From Balanoglossus misakiensis (Eukaryota; Animalia; Hemichordata), in NCBI GenBank assembly GCA_040954595.2, contig CM082585.2, positions 1,364,318-1,428,317 of the forward strand: 64,000 bases of DNA, read 5' to 3'. The notes beneath the pieces are model-generated. The model worked only from the letters and a program-made list of their open reading frames with translations, did not search any database and was not told where the DNA came from. The translations under genes and the position numbers were made by a program. Positions 37,253 to 49,022 of the stretch are shown here, piece after piece; the stretch's first letter is position 1; each line of letters opens with the position of its first letter.

Positions 37253-38048
37253 GATGGGTCCCTGGGATCTTTTTGCTCGTTGCTATGGGCCTTTATAGGA
37301 CATTACACCCCGATTTGGACTAAGCCGTTTTCAGAGTCTAACAAGGGGCTGGTAACTAGTTGAAAATCTGCACGATTGTGTGCACACCCCATGTCCGAGT
37401 ATGTTTACGGCAGCTACCGCCCGGCCATAGGCCGCCACGCTAATACGGCAAAGCAGCGGTCAGCGATAGCGTGCGCGTCCTGTAACCACAGTAACTGGAT
37501 CGAACGCTAAAAATCCAATGTTTTGTACACAGAGATTTTGTACCGTTCACGAAAATCCCTAAGGCTTTTTTCATAGGCCACGTACGCCAGTCAAATTTGA
37601 CCTGCTTGTTGAGAACGTACTTCCGCACAGTGTGACGGATCGTTTTTTTCTGTTTTCGTCGTGCTAAGAAGCGATACCGGTGGAAGAGTGCGTCCAAAAA
37701 CACCCAAAATCGATGACTTTTTCAGATGTGGTACGGGTATGCTGAAATCGTAGGATACAACGATAATATTCGAAAACAAAATCTGTCACGATCTTCCCTG
37801 GTTCAAGCAACTAATGAATACGTATCAAGTTCGTTTTTGAGGTCACGGAATAAAAAGCCTTAGGCTTTTGAAATTTGACCTAGCTAATTTGCATATCAAT
37901 GGCGTCAGGGGGCGCGCGCTCACAATCGTGCAGATTTTCAACTAGTTACCAGCCCCTTGTTAGACTCTGAAAACGGCTTAGTCCAAATCGGGGTGTAATG
38001 TCCTATAAAGGCCCATAGCAACGAGCAAAAAGATCCTAGGGACCCATC
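37253..38048. mobile_element. Young MITE with ~128-bp TIRs and TTAA TSD (Kolobok-like termini GA...TC)
   Basis: TTAA at 37249-37252 and 38049-38052; TIRs 37253-37380 and 37921-38048 differ at one position by eye. Excision restores the transposase frame WDADL|KHLAGFNHKG. Confidence 0.9.
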
Positions 38049-38382
38049 TTAAAACATCTGGCAGGGTTCAATCATAAAGGGGGAACTTCGGAAACCCTAG
38101 TTCAGTGTACAAATTTCAAGCTAACTCATCGCTTCCCAACACAAATTTGGGAACGTATGTTTAGATGTCTTGTCAATTCCTTTTTGAATCAGAGGGGTGA
38201 AACCCATAATACCCAGCACTGTCCCTTAGATACAGAAACAGTCCAAAAATGTTTACTAGAAGCTGTCACAAAATGTTTGGAATGTACTGAAGATAAAGCT
38301 GATCATATTGACAAAATTAATGGTGACCTTAAGGCTCAACTTACTGGCTTGCAAGAGGAATTTCAGATTTTTTGTGACAGAA

Positions 38383-38997
38383 CATAGTACGATATTTTAC
38401 CCACAAGTCTCCGTTATTTGTATCATCGAAGGTTGCCCATTTAATAACTTTTTCTGTTTTAGATACTAACAATGATATGAAGTACATATAAATCTATTTA
38501 TTTTTATCTAGGAAAAGTACGTTGAGGAATTAGAATGTAAATTTCAAAATCAAAATTTAAAAGCCATAGAAATCAAAGTATCAATGTACTGCAAATGTCA
38601 CACTTTAGGGGAAACAAGCAATGACTAACTGAGGTGGCCAGTCTCTGTTGAAAGTTAACATGTAAATTTCCATTGTTCTGTCAATAGAAAAAATCAATAT
38701 CTTTTTGTTTGATTAAACAGGTTTTACAAGTGACCCTGTTTTACTCCAAACTTTTTTGTATGGCTGGCTATGCAATTGCTTGATTATTTTATAAAATTCG
38801 TATCTCCTCTCTCAATAATGCATAATTTTCTAAATCATTTGAAATGGTAATTGACAATAAGATTCACCTTAAAAGTAAGATCTCAAAATTTATATTAGTG
38901 GTGTACAATTCTCTCTACACATGTTAACTTTGCCTGGTTTGACTGAGTAAATGATTGTACAAATCAGAATGAATCATGGGATATTTCACGTACTGTG
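38383..38997. mobile_element. Transib-like non-autonomous element (615 bp)
   Basis: 5-bp TSD CAGAA at 38378-38382 and 38998-39002; termini CATAGTACG / CGTACTGTG. Excision restores the frame FCDR|RANTDKTFKFW. Confidence 0.7.
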
Positions 38998-39800
38998 CAG
39001 AAGGGCAAATACAGACAAAACTTTCAAATTTTGGGTTAGATTTATAGAGGACGATTTGTTTGCATACATGTCTTTGTACATTGCAATAAGGTCAGGAAAT
39101 TGGAACCTTCGAATATTGGCTTTGAAACAAATGAACCCACTGTTCCATGCATATGACCGATCCCTGTACTTGAGGTTAATTCCCAGACATCTCGCTGACC
39201 TTCTGAAGATGCCAAACTCTCTGTTGTTACATTTCAAAGCAGGTGGTTTTGTTTGCAATTTGTCAGGCTCAACTTGGGTTAATGTAGCACTAGATGAAGC
39301 CCATGAAATGTGTGTCAATAAAGATGTTAAAGCTGCATTGCATACTTCTACAGGTGGGTTAATGGAGAGAATAGCAATTTATTTACCCTATAGAGCTATG
39401 GCTGCCAAGAATCTAAAAGATCAGTTATTTCCTTTCCAAAATGAAACCCATAATTCAGTTAGCGTACATAAAATAAATGAGTCAAACTGCAGGTTGTATA
39501 TCAATTGTCTTGAAGGTGCTGATGTATTTTCACCACTTAATACCGCCAGGGAGCTAACTAATATATTTTCAGATGACACAGCGAAAAATAGCGTCAAGGA
39601 CACTGTGGTCCCATTTGAGGATTATGTAGAAACAGTGACACACCAGAATAAAAATTACAGGTGACATTGCAAGCAGATATGATCTTACGATATAGAAATA
39701 TGGAATGTAAAAACATTAACAAGGAACATGCCCAAAAATTGACCAAAAATTGTCTGTACAAACACATATGAGAAGCAACTTCTTTCAGTCAGCCCTGGAA

Positions 39801-39841
39801 CAGACAGACAGACAGACACACACACACACACACACACACAC
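39801..39841. repeat. (CAGA)n-(CA)n microsatellite
   Basis: Directly visible. Confidence 0.9.
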
Positions 39842-42239
39842 TGACCTGCCACTGGTAATTAAAAATTTAATAGCCCATGGTCTCTCTGACAGCTGGCTTA
39901 TTGAAGTTATGTAAACATGTCTAAGTTGGGGGTAACGACTCCTTGTAAACAGTAACTTTCAAAACAACTGGATAATTGGTTAAGGAGAAGATTTGCTAAC
40001 CAAAAACAAAGAAACTTTCATAAAAACTCGCTAAATATTGAATATTTCTGATATCAGAATTGAATAAAAGTTGCACATATACATGTATGTGTTATGAAAT
40101 TATATCCCAAATTTCAAAGCAATCAGAGAAAAAACAAATTTCAAAGCAATCAACAAGCAGTTTCACAAAAGATATTTGTTCAAAAGTGGCAAAAACACAA
40201 AATTGTACAATACCTTACCTCAATCACTACAAGGAACATGCTGCCAAAGTTCTATGCAATATGACAAACAGTTTCAGGAAAACAATTTTTGACAAAAATT
40301 GCAAAAGTTTCCCCGATAACACATTTATGAAAATATCACATTTTTTACAACATATTACTTGACTTACACCTACGAACATGCCTACCAAATTGCAAAGCAA
40401 TCTGGCATGCGGTTTTAAAGAAAAATAAATTGACCAAAAATGGCAAATATTGCTCAAAATTATAAATATGCAAATTTTGCAACAATTTGAACAAAACTAT
40501 GGTTACTCAGACAACCATTAGGAAGCTTCATGCTAAATTTCAAAGAAGTAAGCCCATCACTTTCAGAAATGAAGACTTTTTACTAATAACATGGAAAAAT
40601 ACAAAAAAATGCATAAAAAATAGGTAATCAATAATATTAGCTCAAAACATACATCAATTGTAAGCCAAACAAGAGAAAACTAGTGAACTTCTTGTCAGCC
40701 ACATCTTTAAAAATAATTGTGCCGGCTCTGCAAGGTGATCAGGTCCTCATTACAGCAGGTGGCTTTGATGGAGAAAATAGGGACAAGAATCTTTTCGTTG
40801 GTAGTAATGGAATTGTGTCTGAGTGGGAAGCCAAAAGTTGTCATGAAGAAGCTGACAGTAGATGCATCCTTCATGCAGTTCAGTCCTCTTACAAGAAAGG
40901 TGTTATTTACTCCCCTGATACCGATACTTATCATGTTCTCCTCCCAGTACTATATCAACATGTTCAAAAGGAGATATTTGTACAACTTGATAATGATTTA
41001 TCAAATCTCACTTATTTAGACATGAATCAATTCAAATCAGATTTAAATTTAGACCCTGATTTGCAACATATTCCCCTCCAATATTTAGGCAAAATATTTC
41101 AAACACTGTTCATATGCACAGGTTGTGACTATACTTTGCAGGCATCGGAAGGAAATCTTTCTACAAGACATTTTTTCAATACTCTGAATTTATAACTAGT
41201 GGCACCCTTATACCTGGAACACTGATAGACACAACAGTAGACAGTGTAGGGAATGGAATTTTCGCTTTCATACGTTTAAAAGGTAGTGTTTATGTTAAGA
41301 AACATTTCCAAGCATTTGATGCATCTCATCCTTTTGAACTTTATCGACAAGTAGCCAGTGTCACTAACAGTCTTAAAGATAACCACATCAAATGGCTTAC
41401 ATATATACGAGAAACAATTTGCCCACGTATCCAGTATGAGGAAGAATGTATCCCTTCCTTTGAAGCCCTACAACTGCACTGGAAAAGATCATGCTGGGTC
41501 TCTCAGTTATGGTCCCAGGCCGATCAGTGCCATGTTACGTTTCCCTTATTCAATAATTATGGATACAGACTAAGCAACGGCGAACTTGATATTATTTAGG
41601 ACAGTGATGCCAATTTAGAAAAAGTGAAAAATAATTTGGAGTTGCTAACAAAAGGGTGTGGCTGCAAAAAGATGCCAACTTGTAATAGCAGATGTTGTAA
41701 ATGTTATAAGACCCACAATGGTTGTGGCCCTGCGTGTCGATGTAATGACTGCAGTAATCCACATAATGGGAATCCTGGATTCTGTACCACATCGAAAAAG
41801 TATGGGGTATGCCCAAAATATACAGATAAGTCACCACTATTAGAATCACCATCACCAATCACTGATACTGAACATCATAATATGGAAAATAGCATTGATG
41901 CAATTTTACAGGAGTCACATGAATTTGACATTTTAAGAGAAGAAGAGGGAAATATTTACGAGACTGATTCTGACTTTGACGAACTGACTGATGAATATAA
42001 CTGGACGGAAGAAAAACAAACTGATTATTCAAAGAATGGTGATTGTGATTCCAATGATGGTGACTGTGATGACATTTAATGAATCATCAAAGAAATTGAT
42101 TTGGTCTTTTGGGGGTTGCAGCCCTGTTGTGGTTTCAGTCATACCTTTTCAATCGCACCCAGTGTGTATGTGTTAATTTCAGACATGGTTACTATAACCG
42201 TGTTCCAAACAATCACCATTTTATCCGCTTGACACTGCG

Positions 42240-42930
42240 GTAACACAACGATCACTTCTTTGTCCTCTACTTTTTAATATGTACACTTCTCCATTAGGGA
42301 AATTAGTTTCTAGTCATGGATGCCTGTATATAGCTTTTATGCAGATGGCTCTTCATTGTCTTTTACCAACGAGAATGCTCCCAGAATGCTTTATGCGGTA
42401 CTGGATGTCTGAAAATGTCTTGTGTTTAAATAACGATAAGACTGAATTTGTTATTTTTTCTGCTACTTCGGGTAATCTATCTGCCAGAGGGATTACAGAA
42501 ATTCATGTGATGCTCTGAAACCTGTTCATTGTCTGACAATGATTGCACAGATCTGCCATTCAGTCGCTTTTCATTTGCAGCATATTGCACTTGTCTGTAA
42601 ATATTTATCTCAAGCCGCCACAGAGCAATAAAGTTCCTGCTTTTGTTGCATTTCGAATAGATTTGTGTAATTCACTTTTATTTGGGCTCCCTAAGTACGA
42701 GATCAGTCGTATTCAAGTTCAAAATATTGCTGCTAGTTCCAAAATCACCTTTTACATCAATGCAATTTCAGTTGCATTGGTTACCTGTGTCTGATCGTAT
42801 TGTTTTCAAGATGTTATTTCTTATTTTTGAATTCATTCATAGACTTGGACCATCATATCTGTCTGATATGATCAAATTATATGTTCCAAATCGAAACTTG
42901 AAGTCAGCTGATCAGCTCAAACTCTGTCAT
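42240..42930 (+). mobile_element. Old CR1/L2-group LINE RT fragment
   Basis: LFNMYTSPLG, WMSENVLCLNNDKTEF, RIDLCNSLLFGLP and LHWLPVSDRIVFKML...GPSYLSD across frameshifts. Confidence 0.8.
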
Positions 42931-43900
42931 GTTCAGCCCAATGCAATGATGACAACAAAAGTCAAAACAAAATTGCTTGCCTTCAGACACAAATATTTAT
43001 TGCACATATCATCAGCGAATAAAGGGAAATGGTTTCGAAGTTACAGTTGGCATTTTGCATATTCGAAACATCTACTTATATCCCAGGCCATGATACGGAG
43101 AAAAAAAAATACACCAGCTGTGCTCCTCACACGTACGTAGTCATGTATGGTAAACCTGGCATTCTGTCCATATGGGACCTACATTTGTAGGCGATTGATC
43201 GATGTTGTGTCGAAATCAGGCCAGTAATTAAGTTAAAACTTGGCTAATATGTTACCTTAGGGTGTTATCCATTATCCAGTAACTGTTTTACTTAAGAATT
43301 GCCTTTCAAAGACTGTTTCCCCATGGTAAACTTATCGTTTCACGATCAATGCAACACTTCCTGTTACGCAAGCATTTCAAATTAATTTCTTTTCACGGAT
43401 GTTGGGACCGATATTAGACCTCTCTATCAGGAAAGTTTGGTTACTTTCTGAGGTCGTTTTCAAATGATTTTTGACACGTTTGTGGACGTCTCTTTCGGGG
43501 TCACCAACATACCACCGAAAACACGTTAAAAACTTTTACTATTACCACAGATTTTCATAAAATTTACGTATGCAGTGAAAAATGGGAATCACTTTCGTAA
43601 TTTATCCAGCTAACATGGTATTTTATTGCACAACAGAGCGTAAAAATCAAGTTGAAAATCACCTTGAAAACTGGCCTATTGCCGTCTGTTTGAAAGTTAA
43701 CGGTCGCTCGCTTGATGAACTTTCATATGCAAATGAGCACCGTGCGATCTGACTGTGTATATGTACTCCGTGTAGACTGAATGGGACCACTGTGTCCTTG
43801 ACGCAATTTTTTACACTTATCAGGTATATGTTGACTAACACAAGCCAAAATATCACCAACTCATCTGAGAAATCTTATCCCAGGTCCTAAGGTTGTGAGA

Positions 43901-44308
43901 TTAATAGAATCTCACACTCCCAAGGACTAGGGGTCATAATTCTGACATGAGTTGGGGATTTTATGTCCCACACAAGCCGCAGGCGAGTGTGGGACAAAAT
44001 ATCCCTGACGAGTGTGGGAAATATGATCATAGGTCCTTTGTGTATGAGATTATATTTCTCACACGGGCACAAATTAGCTAAATTCGTCTTAAAACATTGA
44101 ATAAATGACTCTTGAATTGTCATCTGGCATGTAGTTTCTTTATCGTGTCATTGGATAACATTTAGCGCACGTTATTAAAAAACGCTTTGTCATCCAATCG
44201 GCGCTCGCGTCATATACAGCTTTCGATTCAGTGAGTGTGTGGGATTGATTTGTTCTCACACTCTGATCCCACACTCTCAGCATGCCAGGAGTGTGAGAAT
44301 CTATTAAG
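43901..44308. mobile_element. Palindromic non-autonomous element
   Basis: TIR TTAATAGAATCTCACACTCC / GGAGTGTGAGAATCTATTAA; internal hairpin TGTCCCACAC..GCCGCAGGCG..GTGTGGGACA. Confidence 0.65.
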
Positions 44309-44624
44309 ATCTACGAGTTTGAAATCTTAGGTGAAGATTTTATCAATTTCACTGCCAACCATGTAGGGCATACTGGGATATGTGTACATGCCAAAGCACA
44401 AACAGTTATGACCTGACAGCTCAGTTTGTAGATCATTTCTACAAATCCACAAAGAAACTCAAAGTTTAGAAAAGTCAGGCCTGTTAGAAATATTATAAAT
44501 ATCACTGTTAATACTAATTTCAAAGCCATGTGAATTTGTTCACTTTATGGAAATTTTTAAAGGAAGGGAGGATTGGTATTGACTTGAATAATTACAACGG
44601 ATGTTTTTTTCTCTCTATTTTCAG

Positions 44625-44744
44625 ATGTGAATGAGTGTTCAGATTCTGTTTGTGCTGGAGGTTTTCTCAATGCAGAGGGTGGATTCAGCTGTAGTTGTGG
44701 TGATGATGGTTTCTCTCTGAGTGCAGAGCATGTCAATTGTTTAG
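44625..44744 (+). pseudogene. cbEGF exon 3 (open; Cys3 replaced by Phe)
   Basis: ttcag/gtaagt, 120 bp: DVNECSDSVCAGGFLNAEGGFSCSCGDDGFSLSAEHVNCL. Confidence 0.8.
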
Positions 44745-46592
44745 GTAAGTTTTTTTGAGTGGGGAGGGGATAGGTCAACAATGGATTTGCATTTCCTGCT
44801 TCAAAAGGGCGCTTACAGAAGTTGTAAGTGACAGACTTTACAGTCAGTCACCATGTTAAAACAGAAAATAATTAAAAGTTATCAGGCACTTTCCATAGTT
44901 AGAAATTTAAAAAAATAGCGTCAAGGACACCTGGTGCTCTCTCAGTGTGTAGTGGCTGATGAGCAGCATGTTTGGAGAACAGTGGTTTGGTATATGGGTG
45001 AAAGGAACAATTTGCAAACACCAAGGTGAAATGCTGAACTGTTTTGCTCATGTAATATTGAATGAAGCTTGATAAGGTGGGTGCTTGGCAGAGGGAAAAA
45101 CCACTTGTCAATGGCTCTAATAACTGTTTTAAATTTAGTCTTAAAATGGCCCGCACACACAAATGGCCTCACACAAATATATTCTGTCATTTCCCTCTCA
45201 GATTTTGTATCTTATGTTATACTGATGGAATTCATTGTGTATTGTCGTATCAAATTGCACCAGTGCAAGCTATGAGAAATGTGTTTTGAAAAAAAAACAG
45301 TGCAAGTAGAAGCACTAGTCTAAACGTGAAAGAAATATATTTTGAAAAAAAATATCAGACAGCATTCAAGATCAGCTTAAGTGTTTTGATAAAAAGTTCT
45401 CCATTTTCAAGTATATAGGTAATGTCATGTGCTGACTATAGTAGTGTAGGTGTTAGCAAAAAAATACATGAATTGTTCAAACAGAAAGTTCAATCATTTA
45501 GTTTCCCCAGTTTATGGGAGCATAGCAGTTGTGAACATAGTATATGAAATAATTTTAAAAAGTCATTGCTCTCTGGTCCATCATTTTCGGTAGAAGTGAC
45601 CTGATTTCACATCAATAGTTTCCCACCTGTCATTTCCAGCTAATTTCATGTAGAACAAAACTCTTATACAACATAATGACATTTCTAGAACTTATTTTTG
45701 CTGGTTGGGCCCACAGACTAACACTAGTCGTTCTAAAAAGAAACTTCCATAACAACCTGTACGCTTGACGCGTTCAAGTCAAGGCACACCTAACCAATTC
45801 AAAATATGCAAATTAGAAAAAGACGCATATGCATTATTTGTGTCCCCAGAGACACACACAGGAAATCAAGCGAGTGCGGCCACTAGCTGGAAGAGCTGAA
45901 TTCAATGTATTGCCTTACAATGTTCATGATACAGGGGGGGGGGGTGATGATCAATGAACAGAACAGCGGTCCAATTTCACGCATTGTAGTGCACTGATCG
46001 TGGCAAGTTGATCATGGCAAAACAAATGACGATGTTAGATAGCAGTTCTTCACAAGTTTGACCAATTTGTATGAAAATCGTCTCGCCAAACACAACTGTT
46101 TTCTCGCGGGTAGTGAAAACACTGCTGGCTAATCCGTTCCGATTTCTGTCACTGTTCCAATTCTTCCTCAACACCTCAAAGCTACACACCACCGCCAAAA
46201 ACATAAAGCTACACACCCCTACTAGAAAATGGTATGAATTCTTGACGGACGGAAGTAGTTTGACAGACGGAAGTAGTAGCTCATACCCAACTTGACAGAC
46301 TCCTCTGTTTACACAGCCAAAACAATGAGTTTGTTGTCTTATGCATGATATTTTTGGCTTTCAAACACTACCTTGTTAAATGTTATTTGGTTACTACATT
46401 GTTTGTTTATCAGTATTCAGTACTGGTACAGATAAACATATGATATGACCAAGTTGTATGCCAGATGATATTTATTAAGTTTCACACAATTTTGCTCTCT
46501 TGTCGTATATTTTCAAATGTCCACTCAAAGACAACTGTAATTCACATGTATTCATTCTAATACATTTTATGATATTTGTGTTTTCCCTGCAG

Positions 46593-46702
46593 ATGACAAT
46601 GAGTGCGATCAAGCTGGTTGGTCACCATGCCAACGAGTATGTTACAACACACCAACCAGTTACCAGTGTGGTTGCAGACCAGGATTCAACATACATGCGT
46701 TG
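46593..46702 (+). pseudogene. cbEGF exon 4 (shortened last loop)
   Basis: tgcag/gtgagt, 110 bp: DDNECDQAGWSPCQRVCYNTPTSYQCGCRPGFNIHAL. The last Cys is out of frame (ACA TGC GTT G). Confidence 0.8.
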
Positions 46703-46843
46703 GTGAGTATCTACAATTTGGAGAGAAAGTAAGATGTATGGGTTTGTACTTAGTGTCTTATACATGTATATGTGACACTGAAATCATATATTGTACAATC
46801 AGTCATTGGTAAATGTCGGCTATTCATGACACAAATCAACATA

Positions 46844-47028
46844 CAGTCAAACCTGTTTGAGTGGCCACCTCTATTAGGCAGCCACCTCTATATAGTGGCC
46901 ACTTTATTCTAGTCCCTGTGCAATTTACATCTACATTAATTGACTTTCTACAAGGTATAATGGCCACTTATCTATAAAGGCCAGTTTAGAAAAGTCCCTT
47001 CACTAGCCATAATGAGCAGGTTTGACTG
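46844..47028. mobile_element. Tc1/mariner-type MITE
   Basis: TA|CAGTCAAACCTG...CAGGTTTGACTG. Confidence 0.7.
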
Positions 47029-47486
47029 CTGTTGTGTTGATTTCTGTCTTTTTTACGTGTAACACAATCATGACATTTTTCATAAAGAGGGCAGCCTTCC
47101 AAAATAAAGTGTCATCTCAATGCAGACAATGTGAAAAAGGCGGTCAGTAGAGTACTGCTCGAGCTCATCTAGTTTGTTGTATACATGATACAAGTTGCGT
47201 GTAAAACTGACCTTACAATAAAATGTGGCTGTCGAACATAAGTCCCAACTATAGTGTTGATACACAAGACAATCAAGTTTTTACTTTGTGACCAACTGGC
47301 CTCATGTTTGCATCTTGGAAGGGTAACATGACTGCATAGCAATGTTTTATTAAAATTTGGTACATAGAGAAATGGACTACTGTGACAGTATTGACTCTGG
47401 GAACTATGTAGATGATGCCCAGCCTAAAATACTGACTCTCTGCAATTATATTTTTTAGCATTTTTGTTCAATTGCACTTTCAAGTA

Positions 47487-47656
47487 CAGTCAAACCTGTC
47501 TAACACCAAAGGGACTGAAGAAATTGTTCAGATTGCAGGTGTACAATTTAAAGAGGTTCTTTCAACATGTGGTTCTATGTCAAAAGGTTTGAACAATGTC
47601 TTTGAAATAGACAGGTTTCCAGATTAGACAGGGTTCGGTTGAGACAGGTTTTACTG
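47487..47656. mobile_element. Tc1/mariner-type MITE
   Basis: TA|CAGTCAAACCTGTC...GACAGGTTTTACTG|TA. Confidence 0.7.
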
Positions 47657-48770
47657 TATTTTGATACATGCTCTGGCTTAACCCTTTCACCACTATGGTT
47701 CAGTCTAAACCTTTTATTTTCTATGGTAAGGTTGGATCTTTAAAGAGGAAACTGTTTTTTTCTGAGAATCTATTTATTTCCTCTGTCACAAAAATTGCAT
47801 GGGAGTTCTAATTCTAAAAGGAAAACTGATTTGATAAAAGATCTCAAAGTCAAGTTTTGGATGTGGCTCCATTTCAAGTATTGTAGGTGACTAGTTTTTC
47901 CGGAGTTCAAGTCTGTATACTTGCAGTAGAGTTTGTCACATGGACTTGGGTAATCTGAGTGAGGTCAGAAATTGAACTTACACACATTTAGTTGAGTTAA
48001 GAACATGTCTGGTGTATTACTGTAATATGACTAGATACTGCAAATGCCTTAACTATAAGTGTATGTTAAAATACAGTTTCCATGGACAAATGTGAGTGAT
48101 GAAATTAAATACACATGTTCATTAAAATCCACCATGATAGAGCGCCCCCACTGTTCAGAATGTCCATTTTGAAGTCCTACATCTATGACGTCATGCCTAG
48201 CTGTCAATGTTAACTGATGTGCACTTGTACTACTAGTAAATGGAAGTACTTTAAAGTAAAGCTCAGATGCAAGGTTTTGTAAAATAAATATAATATTAAA
48301 ACGTTGCCATCATTTTAGTCCTTTGGAACAGCTGTCCTATTGACTAATGTGATCATTCTGTGTACGGCATATGGCATATTAAGCATTTAGTATTTTTCAA
48401 TCAGAAACCGTTAATCCTGTGATTAATTCTTCTTCTTGCAACATTGATTTTAAATCACCACACATGAATATTTTTGTCCAAAGGACTGCGATGCCCAAGT
48501 TTTTTTATGATAAGATAAACAAACAGTGAAATTCAGTGAAGAAGTGAGCGAGCACTTGCCCATTCATTGTTCAATGAAAGGTGACCGCCAAAACAAAAGT
48601 ATTGAGAAAATAACCCGAAGTTGGAGTTGCTGAGTTTTAAATTGATTTCAATAATCTCCCAAGTGAAAAGCTTGGCTTGGCTGAAGCTCCTGTAGTCATG
48701 TTACATGTAGGTAGATTGACACAGATGACAATGTTTGAATGTTTACACTTTTCTTTGTTTGATCTTTCAG

Positions 48771-49022
48771 AGGAATATTCAAGCACTGCAGAAGAATCTA
48801 GAGATGGCACAGAAAAAAGAACTTGAATTGAAACAACAGCAAGATCAACATGCCAGACAAAGTCAACTCATAGCTCTAAGACAACAACATCAACAACAAC
48901 AGCAATTACAAAGGTTACAACAAGAGAGAGCCCAACAATAACAACAACAACAACAACAAGCAGTGCAAGCACAGCCATCCAATATACAATCAACAAATCA
49001 ACAACTAAAACACCTCTTACAA
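48771..49022 (+). pseudogene. MED25: MED25-like C-terminal Q-rich exon with LxxLL (NR box)
   Basis: ttcag/gtaagt, 252 bp, phase 0: RNIQALQKNLEMAQKKELELKQQ...Q*QQ...NQQLKHLLQ. Resembles recalled invertebrate MED25 KIQHLQQTLEAAQQQE and the NR box. TAA at 48939-48941. Confidence 0.65.

Larger units (their letters stand above)
32940..42079 (+). pseudogene. Fragmented Academ transposase (N-terminal Zn-finger-like region, DDE core with OTU-like insert, XPG-like nuclease, Cys-rich finger, acidic tail)
   Basis: Collinear ORF pieces 33011-33280, 33240-33980, 33919-34116, 34144-35010, 36893-37250, 38053-38382, 39003-39588, 40683-41195 and 41624-42079, separated by frameshifts, stops and insertions. 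Confidence 0.8.
32779..43806 (+). mobile_element. Degenerate Academ (AcademX-type) DNA transposon with nested insertions
   Basis: Transposase motifs SIDNID..FHGT, VVGDGKTF, FIGDWHTLKN and ALDEAHE..NKDVK; XPG/PIN-like HEEADSR..SPDTD..TGCDY; C-terminal Cys-rich CGCKK..C..RCCKC..CGPACRC..C. The sub-terminal inverted repeat 32779-32811 matches 43724-43756 at 30/33. Right terminus ...GTGTCCTTGACGCAA is at 43806. Confidence 0.8.
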
